A stretch of 64,000 nt of DNA from Spirochaetia bacterium (GTDB lineage Bacteria; Spirochaetota; Spirochaetia; UBA9216): assembly GCA_963675665.1 (NCBI GenBank), contig OY776510.1:339467-403466 (forward strand), in the 5' to 3' direction. The position numbers and the translations under genes are program-made. Of this stretch, positions 48,144 through 58,633 are shown one piece after another (within the stretch, counting starts at the first letter, position 1; each line of letters begins with the position of its first letter). The notes under the pieces are model-generated. The model worked only from the letters and a program-made list of their open reading frames with translations, made no database searches and was not told the origin of the DNA.

Positions 48144-49409
48144 CTATACAACTGTAATAGCAAATAAAATCGGCGCGGAATTTTCAAGTTTGGAGATATA
48201 GTCTATTTTTGTAATCTCAACATCCGGATAAGGATTCTGCCATGCATATTTAATTACCCTTGTTCTTAATCCGAACCTTCTGCTTGCGGCATTTGAGCCG
48301 AACCATGCTTCTTCAGCATCGCTGACCCTCCCTTCTTCAACGCGTTCCCACCAGTCCATTACGTTGACTCCGTATTCTACGGGAATAACCTCCTGCTTAT
48401 TATTGGCATAATGCACAATGTATTCCGCTATTCTTGTTCCGCGTTCCGAATCGAAAGCGCAGGCATGCAGAAAATTAACGGTTTTTCCGGATCTGTTGAT
48501 TTTGATACCCTTAAGCTCTTCAGGTAATGCAAGACCTGTAATTTTCAGGGAGGTTTTTCCTCCCGCAAGTACCAGCAGTCCCCTCACATCAAATTTTACT
48601 CCGCCGAATTCCTGAATTCCCTTGGGCAGATCATGCAGGTCGTGCCCGGCATGATTAAACCAGTCGTCATCAGGCGAAGCGGCAAAATAGTCAGACAGAT
48701 CTATCTGTTCAGGCCTTGCTTCGGGACTTCTCGGAATTATATCGTTGTAGATCCTGATGGAATCAAACCACTCATGCTCCATTGTTGTCTGGAATGTTTC
48801 CATTGTCAGGGCGATCAGGAAAGGAGCCGATTCGGTTAAATCTGAGATAAAATCAATCTCTTTAATTTCCAAATCCGGAAGCGGATTGTTTACTGTATAT
48901 TTATAGATCTTTCGGCCGTCGGTTATGCTAACAACATCTGAACCCAGGGGCTGAAAACCCTTTTTCTCTACTGTAAAATCCAGCACATTTTGATTGTAAA
49001 CAATGGGAATTCTTTCCGCTGCCCCGTTTTCATAATGAATAATATATTCACCAATTTTTGTGTCGTCGGCAACGGAACCTGCCGTCCCCTGAAGGAAATC
49101 TATTTTTTCCGCTTTAAAGTTTACTTTAATTCCCTTAACAGATTCAGGATAATCATACCCCGTTATTTCGGCTGTATTTTTCCCGGCCAGCTGAATCATT
49201 CCCCTGAGGTCAAAGGCCCCCCGGAAATATGCATGAATTCCTTTAGGCAGCAGGGAAAGATTAACGCCGGGCCGGCCGGTCCAGTCATCATCAAGGGCTG
49301 TTGTATAGTAATCCGACAGATCTACAAGATCATCTATAGCCTGCCTGCTGCGCGCAGGGATTTTATTTACAGGTTCAGCCTTGTTTAAATTTGTATCAGA
49401 GTTTTTCAT
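48144..49409 (-). CDS. hypothetical cytoplasmic protein with internal tandem duplication (paralog of 45649-46914)
   Basis: 421 aa, the same length as its paralog. Same two-repeat architecture and conserved motifs (DLSDYY, LDDDW, FDxRG, NPxPD). Confidence 0.5.
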   Translation of the reverse strand: MKNSDTNLNKAEPVNKIPARSRQAIDDLVDLSDYYTTALDDDWTGRPGVNLSLLPKGIHAYFRGAFDLRGMIQLAGKNTAEITGYDYPESVKGIKVNFKAEKIDFLQGTAGSVADDTKIGEYIIHYENGAAERIPIVYNQNVLDFTVEKKGFQPLGSDVVSITDGRKIYKYTVNNPLPDLEIKEIDFISDLTESAPFLIALTMETFQTTMEHEWFDSIRIYNDIIPRSPEARPEQIDLSDYFAASPDDDWFNHAGHDLHDLPKGIQEFGGVKFDVRGLLVLAGGKTSLKITGLALPEELKGIKINRSGKTVNFLHACAFDSERGTRIAEYIVHYANNKQEVIPVEYGVNVMDWWERVEEGRVSDAEEAWFGSNAASRRFGLRTRVIKYAWQNPYPDVEITKIDYISKLENSAPILFAITVV

Positions 49410-49508
49410 TGTAATTACCTCAAGTAAAATATTTAATTTTTGATTGTAAAATCAGGAATAATATATGAAGAAAATCTTCTTATATTATTCCTGTAAGAGT
49501 TAAACCAT

Positions 49509-50510
49509 TTATTTATTTTTATATGTATCGATATTCTCTTTGGTTACAAGCGTAACTCCTGAATCCACAATATCCGGAACGGAATTGCCGTTTAAATGCT
49601 CAATAATGTTCTTTGCTCCAAGATATCCCATTTTATAAAAATCCTGGGCCATTACTCCGTATATCGTGCCTTCTTTAACCGGAGCAAGATTTGTCTCAAC
49701 ATCATCCATTCCTATTGCCATAACTTTTTCCGTTAAACCCATCTCCTTCAGAACAATTCCATAGCTTGCCGGGCCCGCTCCTTCTGTTCCAAAGATTGCG
49801 TTTATCTGGGGGTTTGCTGTCAGCATTGCCGTTAAAACCTCAATAGTCTTTACAGCATCTGCATCGTTATCCTGAACATCAACTATTTCAGCTTTATCAA
49901 GATTTTTCTCTGCAAGATATTTTTTTAAACCTTCTACCTGCAGGATCTGATCCTGAGCATCAAGGTTGCTCATTATAACCCCGATTTTTAATTCTTCACC
50001 GACTTTCTCATGCAGCGCAGCGGCTTCAGCCATTCCGCATGCAATCTTGTCAGTTCCTATAAAAGATATCCTCTGAGACGGATCTTCTGCATCACAACAT
50101 ACGCATGTAACTACTATTCCGGCCTCTTTTGCTCTTTTTAACGCTTCAGTAAAAGCGCTCGGAGCAAACGGGTCTACAATTATACCGTCAGGTCTCTCGG
50201 CAATGGCGGTTTCCAGAGCTTCCAGTGTTTTTTCAAGGCCATGGTCATCGGCACCTATCCACCTTCCGTCAAAACCGAATTCCTCAATGGCTGCGTCCAT
50301 TCCGTATTTTGCTCCCAGCCATACCGGATGGGCCGTCATCGGCGTTACGAAAATAATTCTTACAGGTTTTTCGTCCGCTGCTTTCTGTGATACAGCGCTG
50401 CTTTTTTCTTTTGAGCAACCCGACAATCCCATAAAAAGAACCATGCTAATGCAGATCGCAAACAGAAATAATCTTGTAATCCCCTTCTTCATTCTTTTTC
50501 TCCTGTTCAT
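49509..50510 (-). CDS. sugar ABC transporter substrate-binding lipoprotein (periplasmic-binding-protein type I, RbsB-like)
   Basis: 333 aa. Signal peptide and lipobox LSGCSKEK; PBP1 fold motifs. Confidence 0.8.
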   Translation of the reverse strand: MNRRKRMKKGITRLFLFAICISMVLFMGLSGCSKEKSSAVSQKAADEKPVRIIFVTPMTAHPVWLGAKYGMDAAIEEFGFDGRWIGADDHGLEKTLEALETAIAERPDGIIVDPFAPSAFTEALKRAKEAGIVVTCVCCDAEDPSQRISFIGTDKIACGMAEAAALHEKVGEELKIGVIMSNLDAQDQILQVEGLKKYLAEKNLDKAEIVDVQDNDADAVKTIEVLTAMLTANPQINAIFGTEGAGPASYGIVLKEMGLTEKVMAIGMDDVETNLAPVKEGTIYGVMAQDFYKMGYLGAKNIIEHLNGNSVPDIVDSGVTLVTKENIDTYKNK

Positions 50511-50899
50511 ACAGACTCCCTTTTTGATAAACGGGAACGCCTGCTTATTTTAATACTATTTATAGTATTCTGTTTATGAAATCGAATTTTATTTAATTAT
50601 CAAAAAGATAACTGTTAAAACCGATTTTGTAATTGTATTTTAATATGTAAAATTTCACTCTGCATCATGAGATTCTTAGTATTAACTGTAATTTTTTAAT
50701 ATGTAATTTTAATTATTTAATTGTTTTCGATATTAATAATCAAACTGGTCCTGATTCTGTTTACCATTTTGTTGCCTGAATATTGGTATTAATTTTTTAC
50801 AGCAAATGAGAAAAATCTCATGATGTCCGTGCAGCAGTTAACCGTTATAATTTAGACAACAAAATCATTTTTAATCTAAATAAATAACAGAGGTACCCA

Positions 50900-52081
50900 A
50901 TGAGAGCATTTAATTATTATTCACCTACAAATATTGTATTTGGAAACGGTCGTATAAGTGAAATCGGAAATCTAATCAACAGTGAATGCAGAAAACCGCT
51001 GCTTGTCATGAATAAAGGTCCTTTCAGACAGAATGGAATTTATGATCAAATCAAAAAGTATATTGTTTCAAGTGGTCGTGAATTAATAGAGATGAATGAT
51101 ATAGATTCCAATCCCAGACTTTCAAGCGCAAGAGAAGGAACAAGAATCTGTAAAGAGAAAAAAGCCGACTGCATTATTGCAGTCGGCGGAGGAAGCGCAA
51201 TGGACTGCGCCAAGGTCATTGGAGCTTCGGCTGCATCGGGAACAGATCCTTACGAACTTCTCTGGGGGTCCAAACCTGAAGTAACTGTATCGCTGCCCGT
51301 CATAGCTGTTCCAACTATTGCCGCAACAGGTTCTGAATGCAACCCCACTGCCGTAATTGTTAATGATGAAACAAAAGAAAAGTATTTCTGCAACTGCATT
51401 CATCCTGTAACAACTATTCTTGATCCGGAACTGACCTTAACTGTTCCTCTCAAACTGGCAATATGGGGCACAATGGACATCTTAAGCCATACATTTGAAT
51501 ACTACTTTAACGGAGATACAAATTCGGAATCACAGCTGCGTTTATCAGAATCGATTATACATGCGACAATGAAAGCGCTTGATGATCTTGTTAAAAATCC
51601 CGATGACGTACAGGCCCGTGGAGAATTAATCTGGTGTTCAATCATGGCCTGGGGCGGACTTACAAAAATCGGCCGCGGCGAACCGGACATGGCCTGTCAC
51701 GGACTGGAGGAATCATTCTCAGGCTGGTTTGATACTCACCACGGAGCATGCCTCGGTGTGTTGACTCCGAGATGGATGGATATTGTAAGCAAAAAAATAC
51801 CGGAGCCGTTTGCCAGGTTCGGCCGGAATATTTTTTACATAGAAGAAAAAGATAACATAAAAGCGGCTGCCGCGGCTGTTGCCGAATATAAAACATGGCT
51901 TAAACAGGTTGGAGCCCCCGACACATATTTTGATATAGGGTCAAAAGATTTCTCTGATGAAGATCTAAAACATGTAGCAGAAACAAGCTGCAGAATATAT
52001 AACGGTGCTGTCGGAAGGTTATATAAATTTGATAAAGAAGAATCCCTCAACCTTCTTAAAAGTGGAAAGGTAAAGCTATAA
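50900..52081 (+). CDS. iron-containing alcohol dehydrogenase (Fe-ADH family)
   Basis: 393 aa. N-terminal Fe-ADH Rossmann region (GGGSAMDCAKVIG) and His-rich metal site. Confidence 0.85.
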   Translation: MRAFNYYSPTNIVFGNGRISEIGNLINSECRKPLLVMNKGPFRQNGIYDQIKKYIVSSGRELIEMNDIDSNPRLSSAREGTRICKEKKADCIIAVGGGSAMDCAKVIGASAASGTDPYELLWGSKPEVTVSLPVIAVPTIAATGSECNPTAVIVNDETKEKYFCNCIHPVTTILDPELTLTVPLKLAIWGTMDILSHTFEYYFNGDTNSESQLRLSESIIHATMKALDDLVKNPDDVQARGELIWCSIMAWGGLTKIGRGEPDMACHGLEESFSGWFDTHHGACLGVLTPRWMDIVSKKIPEPFARFGRNIFYIEEKDNIKAAAAAVAEYKTWLKQVGAPDTYFDIGSKDFSDEDLKHVAETSCRIYNGAVGRLYKFDKEESLNLLKSGKVKL

Positions 52082-52236
52082 CTCCATCCTTACAACTTAA
52101 TAAAATTCTGATTCCGCCTGATCAGGGAAGACTCCTGTTAACCTGATTTCGGCGGGGTCTTTTCCCCAGCCTTTTAACCGTTTCTTTTTATACCGAAGGA
52201 GATTGGTTTGCAGAGCATACAAACAGTCCCGGAAGT

Positions 52237-52953
52237 TTACCGTAACCCTTTAAGTCTGCCGCGCAGTAGACCCACTCTCTCTTCCGTTGGAGGAAGAACT
52301 CCGTCAAGGGGATACTCCTTCCCGCAATTCGCCCACTTGTTTTTTCCCATATCGTGATACGGAAGAAGTTCCACCCTTTCGGGAGGGTTATCTGATTCAA
52401 GTATTTCAGCCAGATGATCTACCTGTTCAACAGTATCTGTATAACCCTCAACAATTACCTGTCTTACCCGGTATCTTATGTTGCTGTTCTGCAGATACTC
52501 CAGGCAGCAGAATGCCGAATCCCCTGAAAATGAGCAAATGCGCCCGTATTGGTTCATGTCGGAATGCTTGATGTCCAGAATTACAAGATCAACCAGGCGA
52601 AACAGCTCGGCGACTTTCCTGTTAAAAACGGATCCGGAAGTATCGACAGCCGTGCTGATTCCGTATTTCTTCAAGGACGCTGCCGCTTCGAAAAGAAAAT
52701 CTCCCTGCAGCAGCGGCTCGCCGCCGGAAAATGTAACTCCGCCGTCCTCTCCGTAGTACTCCCGGTAAGACAGGGCCGTAGAAACCACCTTACCAACAGT
52801 ATAGAGTTCACCGCCGTTGAGACTCCAGCTGTCGCGGTTATGGCAGTAAACGCACTGCATGTTACAGCCCTGAAGAAAAAAAACGGTTCTTATCCCGGGC
52901 CCGTCCAGGGTTCCCATGGTTTCTATAGAATGAATTCGACCCTGAATCATCAT
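52237..52953 (-). CDS. pflA: pyruvate formate-lyase activating enzyme (radical SAM glycyl-radical activase)
   Basis: 238 aa. CxxxCxxC cluster ([11 protein letters not shown]) and SAM-binding motifs. Overlaps pflB. Confidence 0.85.
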   Translation of the reverse strand: MMIQGRIHSIETMGTLDGPGIRTVFFLQGCNMQCVYCHNRDSWSLNGGELYTVGKVVSTALSYREYYGEDGGVTFSGGEPLLQGDFLFEAAASLKKYGISTAVDTSGSVFNRKVAELFRLVDLVILDIKHSDMNQYGRICSFSGDSAFCCLEYLQNSNIRYRVRQVIVEGYTDTVEQVDHLAEILESDNPPERVELLPYHDMGKNKWANCGKEYPLDGVLPPTEERVGLLRGRLKGLR

Positions 52954-55178
52954 ATTCTCTCAAAATAGGTTCTGGCGATAATTTCTTCCTTCTGAATTTT
53001 TGTAAGCTTGTGAAAATTTACGGCATAGCCGGAAACCCTGACAGTCAGGTTCGGATACTTTCCCGGATTCTCCATTGCATCTTTTAACGTCTGCCTGTCC
53101 AGTACATTCACATTAAGATGATGCCCTGATTTTTTAAAATATCCGTTGATAATGTTGACAAGGTTCTTTTCCGACGACTGCTCATCCGGACCAAGCGTCC
53201 GCGGTGAAACCGAGAAAGTGCAGGAGATACCGTCGCGACAGCAGTCGAATGGAATCTTGGATACCGAGTTAAGCGAAGCAAGGGCCCCCATCTTTTCCCT
53301 GTTATGCATCGGGTTTGCTCCCGGAGCAAATGGTTCGCCGCGCTTCCTGCCGTCCGGGGTTGAACCTGTTTTTCTGCCGTAAACAACATTAGACGTAATA
53401 GTGAGAATTGACAGGCTGTGTTCGGCTTCTCTGTATGTCTCCGTTTCCCTCAACAGGGAAATAAACTCCCCGGTCAGTTCGGCTGCAATTGTGTCTACCC
53501 TGTCGTCATCATTACCGAACTTCGGGAAATCGCCCTCTATCGAGTAATCGGTAATCAGCCCGGTTTTATCGGTAACCGGAGTAACCCTGGCATATTTAAC
53601 AGCCGAAAGGGAATCGGCGGCGACCGACAGCCCGGCTATACCGAAGGCCATAAAGCGTTTTACATCGGTATTGTGCAGGGCCATCTGGGTTTTCTCGTAG
53701 GCGTATTTGTCATGCATATAATGAATAATATTCATCGTGTTGACATATTTTTCACATAACCACTTCAGGTAGAAGGAAAACCGGCTGCGAACCCTGTCAT
53801 AGTCAAGCGGACCCTGGTTCAGCGGCTCCCGGGCCGGGGCGATATATTCCCCGTCCAGTTCATCTCTGCCGCCGTTAAGCGAAACCAGCAGGGTTTTGGC
53901 CAGGTTGCAGCGGGCTCCGAAAAACTGCATTTCTTTTCCTATTTTCATGGCCGATACGCAGCAGGCTATGGCGTAATCATCGCCGTAATCGCTGCGCATA
54001 AGATCATCGTTTTCATACTGGATTGAATCAGTATCGATTGACACCCTTGCGCAGAATTCCTTGAACCCGGAAGGAAGATCTTCCGACCACAGCACAGTAA
54101 GGTTCGGTTCTGCCGAGCTTCCGAGATTGTAAAGGGTCTGAAGCATTCTGTAGGAGGTTCTTGTTACCATAGGAACACCTTCTTCGGTCATTCCACCTAT
54201 AACCTCGGTAATCCACATCGGATCTCCTGCAAAAAGCTCATTGTAATCCGGCGTGCGCAGCTGACGGGCACAGCGCAGTTTCAGAACAAAATCATCGACA
54301 ATCTCCTGGATCCGGCTTTCAGTAATAACACCCTCGCTGAGGTCCCGTTCAAAATAGACGTCGAAGAAGGTACTGACCCGTCCGAGAGACATAGCCGCCC
54401 CGTTCTGCTCCTTGATTGCGCCGAGGTACGCAAAATAAGTCCACTGCACGGCCTCTTTCCCGTTTGCAGCCGGCCTCGATATATCGATTCCGTAGAGCAG
54501 CGCCATTTTTTTCAGCTTTTCAAGAAAATCTATCTGTCTGTACAGTTCCTCAAGCAGACGGATAATTTCGTCGTTCATCTGCTTCTTCGACAGGTTGTCC
54601 TTGTCGCTGATTTTTTCGCCGATAAGCCTGTCGACACCGTAAAGCGCTACTCTTCGATAATCGCCGATTATACGTCCCCGGCCGTAGGCATCCGGCAGCC
54701 CGGTAATAAGCCCCGAACGCCTGAGGGTTTTGATTTCGTCGTCATAAACACGGAAAACCCCGTCGTTATGCGTGGTCCTGAACCGGAAATGGTTCTCAAT
54801 CTCTTCCGAAAGGACCGCCCCGTAGGAAGCGCAGGCGTCCCGGGCCATCCGTATTCCGCCGAAAGGGTTTACACCTCTCTTCAAAGGTTCGTCGGTCTGA
54901 AGTCCGACGATAATTTCGTTGTCTTTATCAATGTATCCTGCCGGATAACTGAGCAGCGACGAGACCTTTTCGGTGTCGATGGACAGCACCCCGTTGTTTT
55001 CGCTTTCAGTCTGCAACAGCTTATCAAGCCGGGCATTTAACAATTCGGTTCGTCGGGTCGGGCCGCACAGGAAATTGCCGTCTTCATAATAGGGGGTATA
55101 ATTAGTTTTAATGAAATTCCGGACATCGATTTCTTCAGTCCAAAGTCCTGCATTGAAATTTCGCCATTCTTTTCGCAT
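52950..55178 (-). CDS. pflB: formate C-acetyltransferase (pyruvate formate-lyase)
   Basis: 742 aa. C-terminal glycyl-radical motif RVSGYAVNF and PFL N-terminus similar to E. coli PflB. Confidence 0.9.
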   Translation of the reverse strand: MRKEWRNFNAGLWTEEIDVRNFIKTNYTPYYEDGNFLCGPTRRTELLNARLDKLLQTESENNGVLSIDTEKVSSLLSYPAGYIDKDNEIIVGLQTDEPLKRGVNPFGGIRMARDACASYGAVLSEEIENHFRFRTTHNDGVFRVYDDEIKTLRRSGLITGLPDAYGRGRIIGDYRRVALYGVDRLIGEKISDKDNLSKKQMNDEIIRLLEELYRQIDFLEKLKKMALLYGIDISRPAANGKEAVQWTYFAYLGAIKEQNGAAMSLGRVSTFFDVYFERDLSEGVITESRIQEIVDDFVLKLRCARQLRTPDYNELFAGDPMWITEVIGGMTEEGVPMVTRTSYRMLQTLYNLGSSAEPNLTVLWSEDLPSGFKEFCARVSIDTDSIQYENDDLMRSDYGDDYAIACCVSAMKIGKEMQFFGARCNLAKTLLVSLNGGRDELDGEYIAPAREPLNQGPLDYDRVRSRFSFYLKWLCEKYVNTMNIIHYMHDKYAYEKTQMALHNTDVKRFMAFGIAGLSVAADSLSAVKYARVTPVTDKTGLITDYSIEGDFPKFGNDDDRVDTIAAELTGEFISLLRETETYREAEHSLSILTITSNVVYGRKTGSTPDGRKRGEPFAPGANPMHNREKMGALASLNSVSKIPFDCCRDGISCTFSVSPRTLGPDEQSSEKNLVNIINGYFKKSGHHLNVNVLDRQTLKDAMENPGKYPNLTVRVSGYAVNFHKLTKIQKEEIIARTYFERI

Positions 55179-55400
55179 CGGTGACTCCTTTAATAAGTCT
55201 GCCCGGCAAAAAAAACGTCCGGACAGATACTAAAATCTGCCCAGACGGTCGGCATTAAACTTCAACTCCTGATCCCCTGCGGTTTACCCGCTGATCCGTC
55301 AGTCTCAGGATGTTTATATGATAACGGATAATATTCTTTTAGTCCAGTTTCAATCCGGATGCTTCTTGATTTTTACAAATGGTATCATTATAATACCAGT

Positions 55401-55631
55401 ATGAGTTCAATACACATTCGAAACATTGATGAAAAAACACTATCATCGCTGAAAAACCTCGCCGCCCGGCATCACAGGTCCCTGCAGGGAGAGCTGCATT
55501 TCATCCTGGATAGAGCAGCAGAACTGGATATTGAAGAAGATTCCGATGAGGAGCTGAATCTGATAACAGTCAATTCAGGACTTGATTCTTCATGGAGCAG
55601 AGAGGACATATATGACAATAACAGCAGGTGA
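55401..55631 (+). CDS. ribbon-helix-helix antitoxin (VapB/FitA-like)
   Basis: MSSIHIRNIDEKTLSSLKNLAARHHRSLQGE, a typical RHH antitoxin N-terminus. Overlaps the downstream PIN gene by 20 bp. Confidence 0.55.
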   Translation: MSSIHIRNIDEKTLSSLKNLAARHHRSLQGELHFILDRAAELDIEEDSDEELNLITVNSGLDSSWSREDIYDNNSR

Positions 55632-56079
55632 GCTGATATTCATTGATACGAATATCCTTCTTTCAGCCACAGACAGCTCAAGAAAAAACCATGACGAGGC
55701 AAGAAAGCTGCTGAGGGTTATACCGGAAGCGGGATTCAATCCTATATTCTGCGGACAGGTTATCAGGGAATATCTTGTTGTTGCTACCCGCCCCGTCGAA
55801 GCAAACGGCTTCGGCATGTCTGCAGGAGATGCCATCCATAATATTAAACAATTTCAAAAAAGAATTGTTGTCTATGAAGAAAAACGCTCTTCAACTGAAA
55901 TTCTGCAGCATCTGGTAATAAAACATCAGCTGAACGGAAAACGAATACATGATGCAAACATCGCGGCGGTGATGATTACAAACGGAATCAAATACATCCT
56001 AACCGATAATCCTTCGGATTTCAGCTGTTTTGAGGATATAACAGCCGTCAGCTGCATGGAGGCAGTCAAAATCTTTTAG
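55612..56079 (+). CDS. PIN-domain ribonuclease toxin (VapC-like)
   Basis: 155 aa. PIN acidic residues in ELIFIDTNILL... context; translationally coupled to the upstream RHH gene. Confidence 0.7.
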   Translation: MTITAGELIFIDTNILLSATDSSRKNHDEARKLLRVIPEAGFNPIFCGQVIREYLVVATRPVEANGFGMSAGDAIHNIKQFQKRIVVYEEKRSSTEILQHLVIKHQLNGKRIHDANIAAVMITNGIKYILTDNPSDFSCFEDITAVSCMEAVKIF

Positions 56080-56099
56080 TAGTATAAATATTACCTGAC

Positions 56100-56495
56100 T
56101 TATTCATCCTTACAGCAGTTGTCCAGAAGAATATTCAGCGCCCCGATTGATATCGTAATCTCATAGATTGAAAGCCCCAGCGACAACAGCAGAAGGGCCA
56201 GGCTGGCTCCGAAAATAATTTCTCCTGCAAAGGTCAGCCCAAGGAAGATAAGCAGCATTGTTAGAACGCAGCAAAAAAAGCTCAGGACCCCGAGTATCTG
56301 CATATTTTTTATAATATTGATTCGCTTTCTGAGATTGGATATCTGATCTGAAAACAGGCTGCTTCTGTTCTCTTCATACCTGGAATACAGGTCCCTAATC
56401 AGTCCCGCAAGAGTCAGATACCTGTTGGTATATGCAAGAAGCAGCAAAGATATTGCCGGAAAGAGGAGCGCCGGCGTGGTTAAAGTGAAGTTCAT
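56100..56495 (-). CDS. hypothetical small membrane protein
   Basis: 131 aa; three or four predicted TM helices and no recognised motif. Confidence 0.4.
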   Translation of the reverse strand: MNFTLTTPALLFPAISLLLLAYTNRYLTLAGLIRDLYSRYEENRSSLFSDQISNLRKRINIIKNMQILGVLSFFCCVLTMLLIFLGLTFAGEIIFGASLALLLLSLGLSIYEITISIGALNILLDNCCKDE

Positions 56496-56498
56496 AAA

Positions 56499-57803
56499 CT
56501 ACTCCACAACCCTGTAGATGAGCGGCAGTTTTTCCGGTGCTTTTCCACTGATTTTTACAGCCGCTTTAAAGCGACTTACAGCTTCACCAAGATTTTTTTC
56601 ATCATTTACATGGAATACTGCTGTTTCTTCTCCTGCCGAAACCTTGTCGCCCAGCCTTTTTTTCATCCACAACCCCACCGCCGGATCTATCACATCGGAT
56701 TTTGTCTGCCGTCCGGCGCCCAGCAGCATTGCCGATATGCCGATCTCGGTATTATCCATTTCTGAAATCCATCCGTCCGCATCGGCCTTTACCGGTACAA
56801 GCTTTTCCGCCTGCGGCAGTTTTAAAACATCCCTGCAGACTGCCTCATCTCCACCCTGCGCCTTTATCATCTTCGACAGCGCTTCAAGCGCAGCGCCACT
56901 TTCAAGAGCCTTCGTCAGCATAGACATGGCGTCTACCTCGGTTTCGGCAATATCCGCAAACCTCAACATCCAGGCCGATAGCGCGAATGCCACATCCTTC
57001 AGGTCTCCGGGATGCCCGCCGCGCAGTATTTCAATCGCTTCCTGTACTTCAAGCGCATTGCCGACGGCATTGCCGAGCGGCTGGTTCATATCGGTCACAA
57101 GAGCCACCGTTCTGCGGCCGGCAAGTTTTCCGATATCGACCATGGCGCGGGCAAGTTCATATGATTCTTCAGCGGTTTTCATAAACGCGCCGCTGCCTGT
57201 TTTAACATCAAGAACAATGGCGTCAGCACCGGATGCGATCTTTTTGCTCATAATGCTCGCCGCGATGAGCGACATATTATCAACTGTTACTGTTACGTCA
57301 CGCAGCGCATACAGCTTTTTATCGGCCGGCACAAGGTTGCCGGTCTGTCCAATTACCGACAAACCGATTGAGTTGACGAGGTCCTGAAACGCATTCATCG
57401 TCTGTTCAATCGAAAGCCCCGGAATCGATTCGAGCTTGTCGAGGGTTCCTCCGGTGTGCCCAAGTCCCCTTCCCGACATCTTTGCCACCCTTCCGCCGCA
57501 TGCGGCTACCAGGGGCGCCGCCACAAGGGTCGTGGTATCGGCGACACCGCCGGTTGAATGTTTGTCGACCTTTATACCCTTGATGCCGGACAGATCAATC
57601 GTATCGCCGGAGGCAACCATTGAAAGGGTCAAATCAGTTGTTTCCTGCGGGTCCATCCCGTTAAACCAGATTGCCATCAGCAAAGCCGAAGCCTGGTAAT
57701 CGGGAATGCTTCCGTCTACATAACCTTTTATAAAAAAATCAATTTCTTCCTTATCGAGCGCTTCTCCGCTCCTTTTTTTCAGGATTATATCGGTAACGTG
57801 CAT
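56499..57803 (-). CDS. deoA: thymidine/pyrimidine-nucleoside phosphorylase
   Basis: Aligns with E. coli DeoA from MHVTDIILKKRSGEAL... (KHSTGGVADTTTL, SGRGLGHTGGTLDKLESIPG). ATG at 57803 preceded by GGAGGG; the track's 5' extension was rejected. Confidence 0.85.
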   Translation of the reverse strand: MHVTDIILKKRSGEALDKEEIDFFIKGYVDGSIPDYQASALLMAIWFNGMDPQETTDLTLSMVASGDTIDLSGIKGIKVDKHSTGGVADTTTLVAAPLVAACGGRVAKMSGRGLGHTGGTLDKLESIPGLSIEQTMNAFQDLVNSIGLSVIGQTGNLVPADKKLYALRDVTVTVDNMSLIAASIMSKKIASGADAIVLDVKTGSGAFMKTAEESYELARAMVDIGKLAGRRTVALVTDMNQPLGNAVGNALEVQEAIEILRGGHPGDLKDVAFALSAWMLRFADIAETEVDAMSMLTKALESGAALEALSKMIKAQGGDEAVCRDVLKLPQAEKLVPVKADADGWISEMDNTEIGISAMLLGAGRQTKSDVIDPAVGLWMKKRLGDKVSAGEETAVFHVNDEKNLGEAVSRFKAAVKISGKAPEKLPLIYRVVE

Positions 57804-57877
57804 AGGGCCCTCCTGCATTGTTTCAGTATAATCCATATCGGCTGCAAGATCGAATCTTATCATTATTTTTGGAAGTT

Positions 57878-58633
57878 TCAGTTGTCAAGCCTGATCTTTA
57901 CCGATGAGACAATCTCCAATGCCGATGTTAAACCGTCCAGCTCATTTACAAGATCACCGTCACTTCCGTCCGCCGAACTCCTGCCTATAAGCTTCAACTC
58001 AACAGCGCCGGAATCGATTTCGGACGGGACAAATTCAGCCGCATAAACAACCGCGGGTTGACCGCTGCCGTATTCACCTCCGGACCAGTTAGACGCTCTC
58101 GGAACTGCATCTGCAGGCCAGTTTTCATTGAAATCGGTGGAATGATTAAATTCCGCGACTATCCTTACAGGAATGTTTTCGTCCGCCTGAGCCGGATTAT
58201 AATAGACAGTTGAGCTTTTTGTTGCCGTTGCGGAAGTTACAGAATCGGGCAACGGCTCGTTACCACTCGGTAACATCAGGCCGTCGGAATAGCTGATACC
58301 TCTTCGAAACATCCAGTACGGCAACGCCTCTACGCGCCTGTTGCCTCCGTTAAAAATCCATTTCTCTTTTGCTATCTTTTCACTGACAACAACTGTATCA
58401 AGGTAGTTGCCGTCAAGATCTTCAATCCAGACTGCATACTGCGGAGGGTTTTTGGAATGGAATCCCGCAAAAAGCCGAAAGTCGTGAAGCCAGGCCTCAC
58501 CGGCTTCTATTTCAATCATATATTTCCCTTCAGGAACACTTATAAGATCCCTGTTCCCGGCACAACTGCCTGCCAGCAGGCTGAAGATTGCCGTATTTAC
58601 CAGCAATACCAAAATTAATTTCCTATTTTTCAT
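57878..58633 (-). CDS. hypothetical lipoprotein
   Basis: 251 aa. Signal peptide with lipobox LLAGSCAG; no recognised domain. Confidence 0.4.
   Translation of the reverse strand: MKNRKLILVLLVNTAIFSLLAGSCAGNRDLISVPEGKYMIEIEAGEAWLHDFRLFAGFHSKNPPQYAVWIEDLDGNYLDTVVVSEKIAKEKWIFNGGNRRVEALPYWMFRRGISYSDGLMLPSGNEPLPDSVTSATATKSSTVYYNPAQADENIPVRIVAEFNHSTDFNENWPADAVPRASNWSGGEYGSGQPAVVYAAEFVPSEIDSGAVELKLIGRSSADGSDGDLVNELDGLTSALEIVSSVKIRLDN

Noticed and set aside
56518-57387. 289-aa plus-strand ORF antisense to deoA
   Set aside because: It lies fully within thymidine phosphorylase on the opposite strand. Its Ala/Ser/Pro-rich low-complexity translation indicates an artefact.
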